A DNA stretch of 64,000 nt from positions 1,178,001-1,242,000 of the forward strand of contig JAWMAR010000155.1 in assembly GCA_036785375.1 (NCBI GenBank), given 5' to 3'. Under the pieces are notes generated by a model. It did not search any database. It saw only the letters and a list, made by a program, of their open reading frames with translations, and was not told the origin of the DNA. A program made the position numbers and the translations under genes. Positions 42,361-55,863 of this stretch are shown piece after piece. Within the stretch, counting starts at the first letter, position 1. Each line of letters starts with the position of its first letter. Source of the DNA: Leucoraja ocellata (lineage: Eukaryota).

Positions 42361-43049
42361 AGATGCCATGTTAAAAGACAAATTGTTTTTTTGGTTGTTT
42401 GAAGTTAAGAAAAGATTGTGATAATTCCTTGATGTACATGTAACAATCTTGACATTGTGATAATCCTTTGGTGTATATCTAATAACCTTGTAGTGCACCT
42501 TGTTTAACATATTTACTTCTTCAATTAGTAAATCTTTGAACTTCTCCACCCTGAGGTGTGCAGACAGTCAGTTGTTGATTTTAATGGATTTTTGAAATCC
42601 ATGGGAACCACGGGGATAGGTCAGAAATGTAGCATTTAGGTAGAAGTTCAACAATGATCTTGTTTAATGGAAGAGTTGACGGGGCGGATTGATCTACTCC
42701 TTCGGCTATTTCTTATATTATGCTCATTTCATCCACAAAAATGTACTAAAATGCATTCCTTCATCAATAGAAATTACTCCCTTTTAATTTTTGATTATTT
42801 TTAATAATCTGGGTTACTGGGAGGTTTAGTTGGAAGGCACTGAGCTGAACCTTCTTCCTGAGACTTTACCAATATTGAGAGGATGAATATAAACATGAAA
42901 ATAGGTTTTTAGATTCATGCTAACTTTTTAATTACAATTATTGGTATTAATTATTTTACATTTTGTCATGGTTGTTGATATGTGGGCTCAAGAGTTAATT
43001 TATATTTATTGTTTTTAATTATATTTGTTGATAGTTACATCGTTGATAT

Positions 43050-45760
43050 TGAAATCATAGACATTTAGGGCAGAAGAGGAACGCATTTGTTCATCATGTC
43101 TTTAATCAGAAAATGGAAGTAACCAAAATTAGATTTACTTTTAATTGCTTGAACTGTAGCTTTGTTGGTTTTTGAGTACTTTTCAAGGTATCTTTAAAAT
43201 ACGATAAGTACAGTCGGTCTCAGAACCTCTACCCCTCCCACCTCTGCCTGAGTGTTCTTCCTGAGCTCTCTCCTAACTCTTCTGCCAATTAATTGAAATG
43301 TATATATTTTAGTTTATCTCTCTGCCAGGGGATGTAGCTCCTTTTTGTTCACTGTGTCTGGCCTCTCACAGTTTTATATTCCTTATTCATATCTTGCCTT
43401 TCTGTATTTTAATTAAAGTTAACCTTAGCCTAACTGATCTTTAAATATAATTTTCCCGCCTTGTCACAACCTTGTGATGCCCTCTGTAACTTCTTCTCTG
43501 CTGACCCACCCTTTATAGCTTGCCGTGACCAGAACGGCACACCATATTCTATTTGTGGCTTAATTTGTGTTTTATACAGTTTTAGTATCATCCACGTGTT
43601 TTTATATTCTTTGCTTTGGTTGATAGGGACAAATATACCATTTAAATCCCTATCTACAGTACCTTATAATACACTGTGAAGTAGTCCCGTAGGTGGAGAA
43701 TGGCACAATATTTGTCACAGCAGAAAATAAATAATACCTTTATTTAAATTGTATTCCCCAAAGTATAAATGACCTTATGTACAGCAATAACATTGTAAAT
43801 CCAGTGTTCGTAAATTGTGGAATGCCTATTACTAGCTATCTTACTACCTATTGTTTAAGAAGGAACTGCAGATGCTGGAAAATCGAAGGTAGACAAAAAT
43901 GCTGGAGAAACTCAGCGGGTGAGGCAACATCTATGGAGCAAAGGAAATAGGCAATGTTTCGGGCCAAAACCCTTCTTCAGACTGATGTGAGGACGGGGGA
44001 GGGGGGGTAGAAGAAAGGAAGTGGAGGAGCCAGAGGGCTAGAGGGAGAGCTGAGAAGGGGAGGAAACAGTAAGGACTATCTGAAATTAGAGACGTCAATG
44101 TTCATACCGCTGGGGTACAAACACCCCAAGCGAAATATGAGGTGCTGCTCCTCCAATTTCCGGTGGGCCTCACCACACCCTCCCACACCCTCCCCATCTC
44201 AGCTCTCCCTCTAGCCCTCTGGCTCCTCCTCTTCCTTTCTTTTTCCCACCACCCACCCTCACATCAGTCTGAAGAAGGGTTGCGGTCCGAAACGGTGCCT
44301 ATTTCCTTCGCTCCATAGATGCAGCCCCACCTGCTGAGTTTCTATTACCTATTGTGTTTTCTTTCACTTTATCTGCCCTATCCACTCCAAAGTCCTTCTT
44401 CCAACTAAATTCCATTTGACACTTTAAGCTCATCTAATCAGTCTTCCTGCTGCATAGAACACTCTTCCTCTTTATCAAATGCACTGCTAATTTTGCTATC
44501 AAGAACAAACCAAATAATTAATTATTATACTATAAAACAAAGTGCCAGCATTTAGACCGTGGACTCCCTGAGCACACAGACCTTTTAGTCGCTGAACTTC
44601 ATATTGGCTAACTGTTGCCATTTGTGTTCTTCTGCTGAACCAATTTTTAATTCGTCTTGGCTCATTCCTTCAGAATCAGTTCGTTTTTACTTTCCTGATC
44701 AATCTGCTTTTTGGGTCTTTATCAGACGGAACGTTAAACTACACATGGACTATATCAAATGAACTAACCTAATTTATTCACTTTCTAGCTCCCAATAAAA
44801 ATCAGTCATATTAGTCATTATGCCCTTCCCTTAACAAATTCACATTGATTGTCATTGATTAATAACCCTCTCTACATATTGATTTTTTCCCCATTGGCAT
44901 GTGTACCTCTGACCTGTAGGTATGTGGTCTATCTCTTTCACCTTTTTCAAATAATTACTTTGAATAGCATACATGTGGCCAAAGAAGATTGGAAAATGAG
45001 AGCTAATCTGAGCTTTTTATACATTTTTTTAAGAGCCAAGGAAATACTTTTTGGGCACAGTCATTATCCATCTTTACAGACGATAGACCCCTTAATAGTC
45101 AATCTCTGTGATAATCTTCTTGAATATTTTAATTTCTTCCTTCCTAATTATCTTGACTCTAATTGCTTTATGATAGCTGCCACCAAAATGTTCTCCCACT
45201 ACAAATATTTTAACCTACCTGGATTTGGTCCTTTAAACCAAGTTGATGGTCATCCCCTCTTTGCACTAGTGGTTTAATGATTTAAATAAAAGGTTCTACT
45301 GCATGCATCTCAAGTATTATACCTTTTTTTACCTTTACCTATGCTGTGGTCCCAATTATTTGTCAGGTAGTTTGAATCCCCTACTATTATCCCCCGTTGT
45401 TATCTTGTTATTTTTGCACTTCTCAGAAACATTTCTACATATTCTCTTCTATCTTCCTCTGACTATTTGGGTCTAAGTGCACACTCAGCAATATGACTGC
45501 CATATTATTGTTTCTCATTTCAAACCATATGGCATTATTTGATCATTCTAGCATATCATCCCTCCTCAGAGCTTTAATTGTATCCTTAAACAATATTACT
45601 CCTCCTTGTATTTAACCACCTTTAATCACAGATGAAAACTGTGTAACCAGGAATATTGAGTTGCCATTCCTGCTCCTCTTTAAATCGTGTTTTCTTAATA
45701 GGTACAATATCATACTCCCAAATGTCTATCTGCATCCTTGGTTCGTTGGCTTTATTTCCA
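43050..45760 (-). mobile_element. Old, heavily degraded CR1-type LINE ORF2 remnant, interrupted by a Penelope element
   Basis: Minus-strand QEWQLNIPG (APE endonuclease-region motif) at ~45645-45675 and 3' end-like sequence near 43055-43100. Boundaries approximate. Confidence 0.45.
43855..44342 (-). mobile_element. Penelope-like element remnant: GIY-YIG C-terminus plus inverted terminal repeats with two hammerhead motifs
   Basis: Minus strand 44076-44171 encodes EAHRKLEEQHLIFRLGCLYPSGMNIDVSNFR* (E..I..L...P.G.N end of the PLE GIY-YIG domain). Inverted arms ~43908-44060 and ~44190-44342. Flanking tacctattgt at 43845-43854 and 44346-44355. Confidence 0.85.
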
Positions 45761-46879
45761 AGACGTGCAATTAAATTATATATGAGTAGGATTACCAAAC
45801 ACCTTTAATTCCATGCAATCATAATTTTTCTTAACCTCATCAAAGATTTTCCCTTGCCTTCAAGACGAGTTAAAAAAACTATGACTTCAAGATTCAATTT
45901 TGTTTCTATTCTTTCTGAAACTGCTGTTAGACTCTTACAAATGTTCAATCTAGTTCCTCATTGTGACTGATGATCCCTATCAAGCTTCTGCTATTAAAAT
46001 AAAAGTTGAAAGTCTAGCACACTTTCAGATCAACTGTTAATACTGGTCTGCTTCACAGTTATCCTTAGTTACACAATTGTTATGTTCCCCTTAATTTAAC
46101 CCTGCTTATTTATATTATTATGCAGCACTTTCTCTCTCTTAACCAATCCTCACATTTATCAAATTCCATACCTATGACTCTACTATATATGTACTTTGTG
46201 CTGCCATTCTGTGTATGAATCAGTCTGCAATAACTAAATATTTATTAAAAAAAATAACACATTCTGGCCTATTTTCAAGTCTTGTACTAAACTCCCCTGC
46301 ACCATACTTATCTGCCTAAATATTTAAGATGCAACCTGTAACTGATTGTCTGTTAATGTTGTTCTGCAACCAGCCATTCAAAATGTATATCCAAATTATC
46401 CACATTTTGATTAAGTAGATCTACCCGTATGGTTTAACTCTGATCTTATAACTTTTAAGATGTATCATTGCATGGGGAATACCAAGTGATAATCAGCTTC
46501 CATAATTTTTGGAAAAGGAACTGATAGAAAATAAGTATTTTGCAATTTTTTGATTGAGACCTTTGACCTGAAATGCTAACTCTTCCTGTTTCCTCATGTG
46601 CTGTCTAAACTGTAGAATATTATTGGTGATATTTTTCTGTGATTTGTCCAAATGCATGGCATGATTGCATTGGGTATATGTATTGAAGTAGAATTTGTCA
46701 GTGGCTATTACATTTAAGGTTGTCTTTTATTGCGTTAATAATGAAATCCAGATCTTATGAAGATATGTTGCTGTTGATATCATTCAAATCTGAAAGTTAG
46801 TTTCTCTAAAGTAAAGTAAACCCTTTTTCATAATTTCTCATGTTACAAACAAAGACAGCTGGTTTAAAACTTACCAAAC

Positions 46880-47015
46880 NNNNNNNNNNNNNNNNNNNNN
46901 NNNNNNNNNNNNNNNNNNNNNNNNNNNNNNNNNNNNNNNNNNNNNNNNNNNNNNNNNNNNNNNNNNNNNNNNNNNNNNNNNNNNNNNNNNNNNNNNNNNN
47001 NNNNNNNNNNNNNNN
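46880..47015. other. N run
   Basis: Directly visible. Confidence 0.95.
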
Positions 47016-48167
47016 TTGTTCTATTTCATCTTATTTGATTTTGCATGCAAGGTTGATTGCATTCGAAACAGGGCGGACCATGTGAAGGTTGCAACCTCCC
47101 ACCCCACAGCTTTATAAGAAGTTGTGGGACTTGGAAAAGGACCTGGGGTAGTGCTGTTTACATGTGCATCTTTTGTCATTCATGGTGATAAATGTCATGG
47201 ATGTAGAAGGTATGTTGGAGAAGATGCAGCTAACAACTGGAGCACACTTTGTGGAAGACACACCCTGCAGCAATAGTTTGGCAGCATGAATGAATGGTAT
47301 TGACTTTATTTAGTGTTGTTAGAGCGGAACTCATGAAGGCAGGTGAAAAATATTCAGATGGAGGAAAGAGCATTTGATGGCAAGAAGTGAGTTGGATGTT
47401 ACAGGATATGCAACCTTGACATGCACTTGAGTAATTGTGTGTACATGGCTGGAAATGTTGAGCTTCAGATCAAGAATGAGCCCTGTATATTGATGATGGA
47501 GGCTCAGTGATGATAATATCATTAATTTTTAAGACATACCCTCCCTTGTTGTAGATGACCATTGCTTGGGGCATTTGTGGTATAAATGTCACGAGTTGCA
47601 TATCAACCCTGGATGCCATCTAGGTCTTGATTTGTATGCAGGCTTCTATCAGTTCATCAGAAATGATAAATCATTTTGAAGATTGTGCAATCGGATAGAT
47701 ATACAAACATACAAATTAGGAGTTGGAGTTGGCAACTTGATCACTTGAGTCAGCTTCACTATTCAATAAAATCATGGATGATCAGTGGAACAAATGTTTG
47801 GTTTCGTTTTGGCACTACCACCAATTGTCTTATTCAATTCTCCCCTTCACCCTGTCACAGAAAGGATTTTATCTCTCTTCCCCTCTGCAACTTCAAACTT
47901 GGTTCATTTCAAAATTTTCCTTGAACTAATGGAAGTTGCTGGATCTGAAATCTATAATTGTGATTTATGGGATAAACTTTGAACAGCAATCAAAAAGCAA
48001 AAGGCTGCAGGTGCTGGAAAAGCGAAATAAAAATAAAACTTTTTCTGTTACACAGTTGGTCAGTTAACATCTCTGGAGAGAAAATCAGTTCTGTGCAGTC
48101 ACCTATCTAAAAAAATGTTAACGCAGTTGTCTGACCTGATGAGTTCTTCCAGCATTTTATTTTATCA

Positions 48168-49651
48168 TCAATATTACTAAAAGTTTGATCTTGACTGCTT
48201 TTGGCCCACTGTGCTGCGATTTCCGAGAGAACACCGCCATCTACGGCCGTCATTTTTGGCCACCTCGATCAGAGCCCATTTCTGCCTTCCTGGACTGGAG
48301 TATTTTTCCCATTGATGAAAAATCAGAGAGAAATTAATGTTTTTTTTTTTAAATCACCATTCTCTCTGCTGCCCCTGCTGGAGGGAGTGGGAGGGACTAT
48401 AAAACCAGGAAGTGGTGTGCCTCAATCAGTCTCTGCAATATGGAGGTTACTCAGAGCTCTGAATGACACTGAACAAATGTCTACACGACTGTGAGTACCC
48501 TGAATGTGGTTTGAAAATGAAAATATGGTTAGTTTGGAGTAAAAAAGCACTGCCTGCAAATGGTTGTTTGGGTGGTTTGGATTGAAGTAAAAAGGCACTC
48601 TCTCTCTCTCTCTCTCCCCCTCCTCTCTCTCCCCCACATCTCTCTCTCTCTCCCTATCCCTCTCTCTCTCTCTCTCTCTCTCTCCCCCTGTCTCTCTCCC
48701 TTTCTCTCTCTCCTCCCCCCCCTCTCCTCTTCCCCCCCTCTCTTCCCCCCCTCTCTTCCCCCCCTCTCTTCCCCCCCTCTCCTCTCCCCCCTCTCCTCTC
48801 CCCCCTCTCCTCTCCCCCCTCTCTTCTCCCCCCTCTCCTCTCCCCCCTCTCCTCTCCCCCCTCTCCTCTCCCCCCTCCTCCTCCCCCTCCTCCCCCCCTC
48901 TCCTCCCCCCTCTCCTCTACCCCCTCCTCCCCCTCTCCTGTCCCCCACTCTTCTCTCCACCCCTCTACTCCCCCCCCCCCTCCTCTCCCCCCTCCCCCCT
49001 CTCTCTCCTCTCTCCCCTCTTTTTCTCCCCTCCTCCCCTCCATCCCCTCCCCCACCATCCCTCCCCTAAACCCCACTCCCCTACCCACTTCCCTCCACCC
49101 TCCCTCCCCTCCCTGCTCCCCACCTCTCCACCTCCACTCACCTCACTCCCCTCTCAGCACCCTCTCTCTCCCCCTCCTCTCCCCCCCTTCCCCCTCTCTT
49201 CTCCCCTCTCTCCTCCCCCTCCCTCCCCCTCTCCCCTTCTCTCTCTCTCTCCCCCCTCCCCTCCATTCCCTCCCTCCCCTAAACCCCCTCCCCTCCACAC
49301 CCCCTACCCTCTTCCCTCCACCCTCCCCCCTCCCTCCCCCTCCCTGCTCCCCACCTCTCCCCCTCACCCCCTCTCAATACCCCCTCTCTCTCCCCCTCAC
49401 TCTCACTCTCTCTCTCCTCCCCTCCTCCCCCACCTTTCCCCCCTCACCCACCCTCCCTCTTCTCCTCTCCACCCCCCTCTCCCTCTTGCCCCTCTCTCTG
49501 TGTCATAATATCAAGGGGGTTAGTTAGCATGAGTGCGGGGTGGGGGGGGGGGGGGGGATAGTTAGTGTGTGTGAAGCTGCATGCCGCCTCCACCCCCCCC
49601 CCACAACCACACGTTGGGGGAACAGACCCAACGGGTCTGCACTTGGTCTAG
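48168..49651 (+). mobile_element. Non-autonomous Helitron with a long internal CT-rich tract
   Basis: A|TCAATATTACTAAAAG 5' end. Subterminal hairpin CAGACCC-aac-GGGTCTG (49623-49639), 8 nt, then CTAG|T. No TSD. Confidence 0.75.
48596..49500. repeat. Polypyrimidine (C/T) low-complexity tract
   Basis: ~900 bp of almost only C and T on the + strand. Confidence 0.95.
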
Positions 49652-50129
49652 TTTGAATCTAAGAACAGATCAAAATTAGGCATTGAGGAGGTGCTGTGCA
49701 CCACCAACTGCAGCAAAAATGCACATCACATGAATCTCTAATCTCATAGCCATTATTTTCCTAATTTTATAGTTATGATGAAGCTAGGGTATCAACTGTG
49801 GTTAAATGATGAGTGCTGAAGAATATGCAAATACATGAGGAATCCAATTGTGTGGCACACAACCAAAATGGCATGCAAAGACCGAGTTCAAAGCTCTGTA
49901 GATTTTGTGTATCTTGTCATGAATGGTTGTGGGAAAATGAAATCTTATTGGAAGCAGTGGCCCCAAGAACATCCATATTGCATGTGAGTCTAAATACTAC
50001 TAAGTTAGTGCTAACTTGTCTAACTCACCTTATCCTGAGATCCTGAACTTCACAGAAATCAGTTTTCAGCTAATTGATTTAGTCCATATGATATCAAGAA
50101 ATAACCAAGAGTACTGAACATTGAAAATT

Positions 50130-50640
50130 CAGATGCACTGTGGAAAGCATCTCGTTGGGAACAGCTCTGCTTAAGACCACAGGAAATGTGAGAGTTGTGG
50201 ACGTAGCCCAGCACATCACACAAACCAACTTGCCCATCGTCTACTCCATATGCATTTCATGCTGTCTTGGGAACGCAGCCAACATAATCAAGGAACATTT
50301 ATACCTTTCCCTTTCTCATTCCCTTTTCTCCCTTCTCCTATCAGGCAGAATATATAAAATCTTAAAAGCGCATACCTGTACTACCAGATTCAGGAACAGC
50401 TTCTTTCCCACTGTTATCAGACAACTGAGCCCATCTTGCAAAAATGATTTGCAACCTATCTTATTGTAGCCCCTGCACTTTTAAAAATTATTTACACTTG
50501 CTCTGCACCTGTTTTGCTTAAATGCTGTAACAATATATTCTGCAATCTGGTATTTTTCTCCTTGCACTTGTATGGGGTTTCATTGTACTCATGTATAATA
50601 TGATATGACTGGATAGCATGGAAACTAAGGAAACAATACC
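50130..50640 (+). mobile_element. Rex/Babar-like LINE 3' fragment
   Basis: Translation SLLLSGRIY...TTRFRNSFFPTVIRQL resembles the C-terminus of Rex1/Babar-type RT ORFs. Confidence 0.6.
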
Positions 50641-51204
50641 AATACTAATACCAAATACAGTGGTACAAAATATGTTGCTGTTATACTGAGGCTTTGTACA
50701 TCAGAACAAACTGTAGTTCTAGCTGAACTGTTCCATAGATTTGTAATATTGCATCAACTAAATTATGTTTTAAATTGCTCAGTAATGCCATGTCCACTAA
50801 CACTAGGGAAAATATTCTTAATGCCCTATCAGTCTTACTCATTTGTAGTCAAGTCAATGGTAGCTCTTTAATATTGGAAATTCTGAATTTGGCATTGCAG
50901 GTGATACAAAAACTGATTGAACCATGGGGCATGAGTCTTAGAAATCCTTCTGTGCAAAGAGTCTACGACAAAGTATTTAGACACAAGATTGTACCTAGAC
51001 CTCTCCAATATACAATGTGTTCACAGGGTCTGTTTTCAAATTCTCTGGCCTGTAACACCTCTGAGACCTGTGACATTTTCAGGCTAGTTTTCAGCAATGC
51101 TCTTGTGCATGGATTGCCCTCTACATGCTCGTCATGGTCATGGTTGCTGTCAACTTCAGGTAATTTCAGGTGGCCACTGCAGATCTCAGCCTTATTTCAG
51201 CTGC

Positions 51205-51810
51205 ATTGGAGTTACAGGGGCATACAGCATGAAAACATTCCCTTCGGCCCAATTTGCCCATGCCGGCCAAGATGGCCCATCTACACTATTCCCACCTGCT
51301 CATTTTTGGGTCATATCCCTCCAAACCTTTGTAATCCATGTATCTATCCAACTGTCTTTTAAATGTTGTAATAGTACCTGCCTCAACTACCTTCTCTGGA
51401 AGGTTATTTCATATACCCACCACCTTCTGTGTGAACAGGTTGCCCCTCAGGTTCCTAGTAAATCTTTTACCTCTCACCTTAAATATATGCACCCTGGTTC
51501 TCAATTCTCCTACTCTGCATTCACCCTATCTATTCTGCTCATGACCTTATACAGCTCTATAAGATCACAGAGCCTCCTGCGCTCCAAGGGATAAAGTCCT
51601 AGGCTGCCCAATCTCTGCAGATAGCTTAGCTCAAGTCCTGGCAACATTCTTGTAAATATTTAATGCACTCTTTCGAACAATATCCTTCTTCGAGCAGGGT
51701 GACCAAACCTGAACACAATACCCCAAATGCAACCTAACCATAATGTAACATACATAATGTAACAATACATTCCAACTGCTATACTCAATACCCTAACTGA
51801 TGAAGGCCAA
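51205..51810 (-). mobile_element. CR1-type LINE 3' fragment
   Basis: Reverse complement of a CR1 ORF2 end and 3' UTR (cccttcggccc...catatccctccaaaccttt...tccatgtatctatcc). Confidence 0.75.
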
Positions 51811-52063
51811 TCACCCACATGGGAGAAATCATTCAGCTTTTTTGGTTGTAAATAGGATGTTTTGTACCTGAAGAACTGCTCCTATATGGCAGAGTTTGTT
51901 TTTAAACTTCATATAGGTAGAGGCAACGCTCTTCTGACTCTGTACCGTTTTCTGCAGTGTTATGGAGGAGAACTCCTCCATACACTGTCATTTCACCTAT
52001 TTGATCAAGTAGTGCTGACAAAACATGATTTTACTCATGTTTTGTAAGCTTGTCAGATTTACT

Positions 52064-52270
52064 TGTGGAATTCTTTGCACCAGAAAGCTGTGGAGGTCAG
52101 TGGATATTTTTAAGGCAGATATTCTTGATTAGTAAGGGTGTCAGAGGTTATGGGGAAAAGGCAAGAGATTGGGGTTAGGAAGGAGAGATAGATCAGCCAT
52201 GATTGAATGGCGGAGTAGACTTAATAGGCTAAATGACCTAATTTTACTCTTGTTCCTTATGACCATATGA
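52064..52270 (+). mobile_element. CR1-type LINE 3' end
   Basis: Similar to 54870-55090 (tggaattct...gagg...gatcagccatgattgaatggcgg). Confidence 0.75.
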
Positions 52271-52534
52271 TCTTACTGTAAACGTAAATCAGTTATATCA
52301 TGAAATCATCCCAATGCTTGTTCTATTCTAAGTCCTTTCTGGTGAACTCACACTCTAGATGACCCTTGCCTCATGCCAGACTTTGGCCTATTATTGTTAC
52401 TCCCTGTTTTACATACATTTTTTAACCGCTTGGTTCATATTTTGTGGAACTAACCTTTGATGTGGTCCTATGGAATGTCGAGCTCAATGGCATTATGTGT
52501 GGGAAATTGTGTTTTATGAATTTGTTTTTAAGTT

Positions 52535-53700
52535 TTTGCAGAGGTGACCAAAGGGATTGATGAGGGAATGGTAGCAATCATTGTCTACATGGATTTCAGT
52601 GGAGGCTTTTAATAAGGTCCCACATGGGAGGCTGGTCTGGAAGATTAGATCACATGGGGTGCAGGGTGAGCTTGCTAATTGGATACACAATTAGCTTGGT
52701 GGAAGAAGTTGTTGGGTGTAGGTGGAGAGTTCCTTTCAGATTGGAGACCCGTGACCATTAGTGTGCTGCAAACATCTGTGTACTGTTCTCTGCTGTTTGC
52801 ATATATACTAACAATCTGGATGAGAAAAGAGGTGGTTTGATTAGTAAATTGGAGGATGACACCAAAATTGTGATGTTGCGGACTGTGAAGACTTTTCTCT
52901 GTTTCAAGTTACACCAGGATCTAGGTCGACTGAGATAATAAACAAAGAAATTGTACATTTAATTTAACACAAACATATACGAAATGTTGGATTTTGAAAA
53001 GTTAGACCACGCTAGAATATACCCAATGAATGACAGGCATAGAACAGTGAACCCAAGGGATGCAAGTATGTAGTTCTCTGAAAATGGCGACACAAGTAGA
53101 CGGTGGTGAAGAAAGCGTATAGAATATTTACCTACATCGGAAGGGGCATTGATTATAAGGGTTTGGACTACATGATATAGCTGTACAAGACATTGGGTGA
53201 GGCCGAACCTGGAATACTAGTGTGCAGTCTGGCCACCATACTGTAGGGATGTATTTAAGCTTAAAAGGGTGCAGAAAAGAATCACAAGGATGTTGACTGG
53301 GGGCTTGAGTTATGAGGAGATTATTGATCGTCTGGTACTGTTTCTCCTGGAGCAAACAAGCGGTAAGTGGTGAGCTTGTGGATGTTTATAAAATCATGAT
53401 GGACAAAGATAAGGTGGATAGTCAAGTCAGGATACTAAAACTGGAGAGCCTGAGCTTAATTGTGAGAGGGGAATGATTTAAACGGCACCTTGAGGAGCAA
53501 GTTTTTACACAGAGGGTGATGTGTATGTGAAAAGAGATGCCAGAGAAAGTGGTTAAAAGGCAATTGGATAAGTACATGGATAGGATTGGTTTAGAGGGAT
53601 ATGGACCAAATGTAGGGAAATGCAACTTGCACAGGAAGGTACCTTGGCATGGAAAGGTTGGGGAGAAGGGCTTGTTGCATTCCTGTTTCTCTATGTTTCT
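52535..53700 (+). mobile_element. Degraded CR1-type LINE (RT domain to 3' end)
   Basis: VYMDFS...KVPHGRL-like and DDTKI-like remnants with many indels. Ends ctatgtttct. Confidence 0.75.
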
Positions 53701-53868
53701 CAGGTGTTATTGTGCACTTTCCATCATCATTAATTAATTTCACTCTTCTATCCTACCCTCTGCCTCTTGTTTCTCCTATGGATACTGCTGCTCATCCTTT
53801 TAGGTGTTATGATAGTGATATAGATGGAGGAGGAAGTCTCTTCTTTCATCCTCCAATGACAATGCAAT

Positions 53869-55095
53869 GATAGGGGAGAACCAGTGGATGTGGTGTATCT
53901 GGACTTCCAGAAGGCTTTCGACAAGGTCCCACATAAGAGATTAGTATACAAACTTAAAGCACATGGCATTGGGGGTTCAGTATTGATGTGGATAGAGAAC
54001 TGGCTGGCAAACAGGAAGCAAAGAGTAGGAGTAAACGGGTCCTTTTCACAATGGCAGGCAGTGACTAGTGGGGTACCGCAAGGCTCAGTACTGGGACCCC
54101 AGCTATTTACAATATATATTAATGATCTGGATGAGGGAATTGAAGGCAATATCTCCAAGTTTGCGGATGACACTAAGCTGGGGGGCAGTGTTAGGTGTGA
54201 GGAGGATGCTAGGAGACTGCAAGGTGACTTGGATAGGCTGGGTGAGTGGGCAAATGTTTGGCAGATGCAGTTTAATGTGGATAAATGTGAGGTTATCCAT
54301 TTTGGTGGCAAAAACGGGAAAGCAGATTATTATCTAAACGGTGGCCGATTGGGAAAGGGGGAGATGCAGCGAGACCTGGGTGTCATGGTACACCAGTCAT
54401 TGAAGGTAGGCATGCAGGTGCAGCAGGCAGTAAAGAAAGCGAATGGCATGTTGGCTTTCATAGCAAGAGGATTTGAGTATAGGAGCAGGGAGGTTCTACT
54501 GCAGTTGTATAGGGTCTTGGTGAGACCACACCTGGAGTATTGCGTGCAGTTTTGATCTCCAAACCTGAGGAAGGACATTATTGCCATAGAGGGAGTGCAG
54601 AGAAGGTTCACCAGACTGATTCCTGGGATGTCAGGACTGTCTTATGAAGAAAGACTGGATAGACTTGGTTTATACTCTCTAGAGTTTAGGAGATTGAGAG
54701 GGGATCTTATAGAAACTTACAAAATTCTTAAGGGGTTGGACAGGCTAGATGCAGGAAGATTGTTTCCGATGTTGGGGAAGTCCAGGACAAGGGGTCACAG
54801 CTTAAGGATAAGGGGGAAATCCTTTAAAACCGAGATGAGGAGAACTTTTTTCACACAGAGAGTGGTGAATCTCTGGAACTCTCCGCCACAGAGGGTAGTT
54901 GAGGCCAGTTCATTGGCTATATTTAAGAGGGAGTTAGATGTGGCCCTTGTGGCCAAGGGGATCAGAGGGTATGGAGAAAAGGCAGGTACGGGATACTGAG
55001 TTGGATGATCAGCCATGATCATATTAAATGGCGGTGCAGGCTCGAAGGGCCGAATGGCCTACTCCTGCACCTAATTTCTATGTTTCTATGTTTCT
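53869..55095 (+). mobile_element. Young 5'-truncated CR1-type LINE (RT domain, 3' UTR, (TTTCTATG)n tail)
   Basis: YLDFQKAFDKVPH, GVPQGSVLGP and KFADDTKL motifs. A single in-frame TGA at 54553-54555 replaces the expected TGG. The ORF continues to 54999. Confidence 0.95.
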
Positions 55096-55124
55096 ATTAA
55101 AGAGGTATACAAAGATCACCACCA

Positions 55125-55863
55125 TGTGGCGCCCACGATGGCCGCTTCGCCAACAGTCTGTCTCATCCTTTTCTTCTTTGTTGTTTTTTAGTATGTGTTA
55201 AATGTATGTTTTTAGTGTTCTTTAACTTATTTTATATGGGGGGTGAGGGAAACTTTAAAACAATCTCTTACTTCGACGGAGATGCGATTTTTTTCCATAT
55301 CGTATCTCTGTCCGCACTGCGGCCTAACATTGTGGAGTTGGCGGCCTCTGCTGGAGACTGACTTCGGGAGCTCCAACTGCAGGAGCCTATTACTTTAACA
55401 TCATGGAGCTGCCGATCCCTGTCGGGGATCGACCTTGGAGCTCCAACCGCGGGAACCAGTGGACTTTAACATCATGGAGCTCGCAGTCCCTGGTTAGAGA
55501 CCGACTTCGGGAGCTCCAAGCTGCATGAGCTTCGACCGCCCCGATACTGGAGCTTTTATCGTCCCGATGCTGGAGCTTCGATTGCCCCGACGCGGGAACT
55601 TCGATCACCCGACTGCGGGAGTTCCGATCACCTGACTACGGATGGTTCGACTGCCATGACCAAGGGAGAAAAAAGAAGAAGTAGTTTAGACTTTATTGCC
55701 TTCCTTCACAGTGAGGAATGTGGGGAATCCACTGTGGTGGATGCTTATGTTAACTTTTATGTAGTTGTATGTCTTGTTGCTTTGTTTTAGTATGGCTGTA
55801 TGGTAATTTGAGTTTAACTGATCCTTAATTGGTACACGTGACAATAAACCTTTGAACCTTTGA
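55125..55863 (+). mobile_element. Unclassified SINE/non-LTR-like element with internal CpG-rich tandem repeats
   Basis: Repeated ggagctccaa and ggagcttcgat-gccccga units at 55355-55650. Tail gtacacgtgacaataaa(cctttgaa)n. Confidence 0.55.

Noticed and set aside
48529-49367. Pro/Leu/Ser- and Gly/Arg/Glu-rich ORFs
   Set aside because: By-products of the CT-rich tract, which lacks stop codons.
50775-51594. 195-aa and 165-aa + strand ORFs
   Set aside because: Non-ATG or weak starts, no recognisable domain, and partly antisense to a CR1 remnant.
53748-55022. Antisense and alternative-frame ORFs over the CR1
   Set aside because: Shadow frames of the RT coding sequence.
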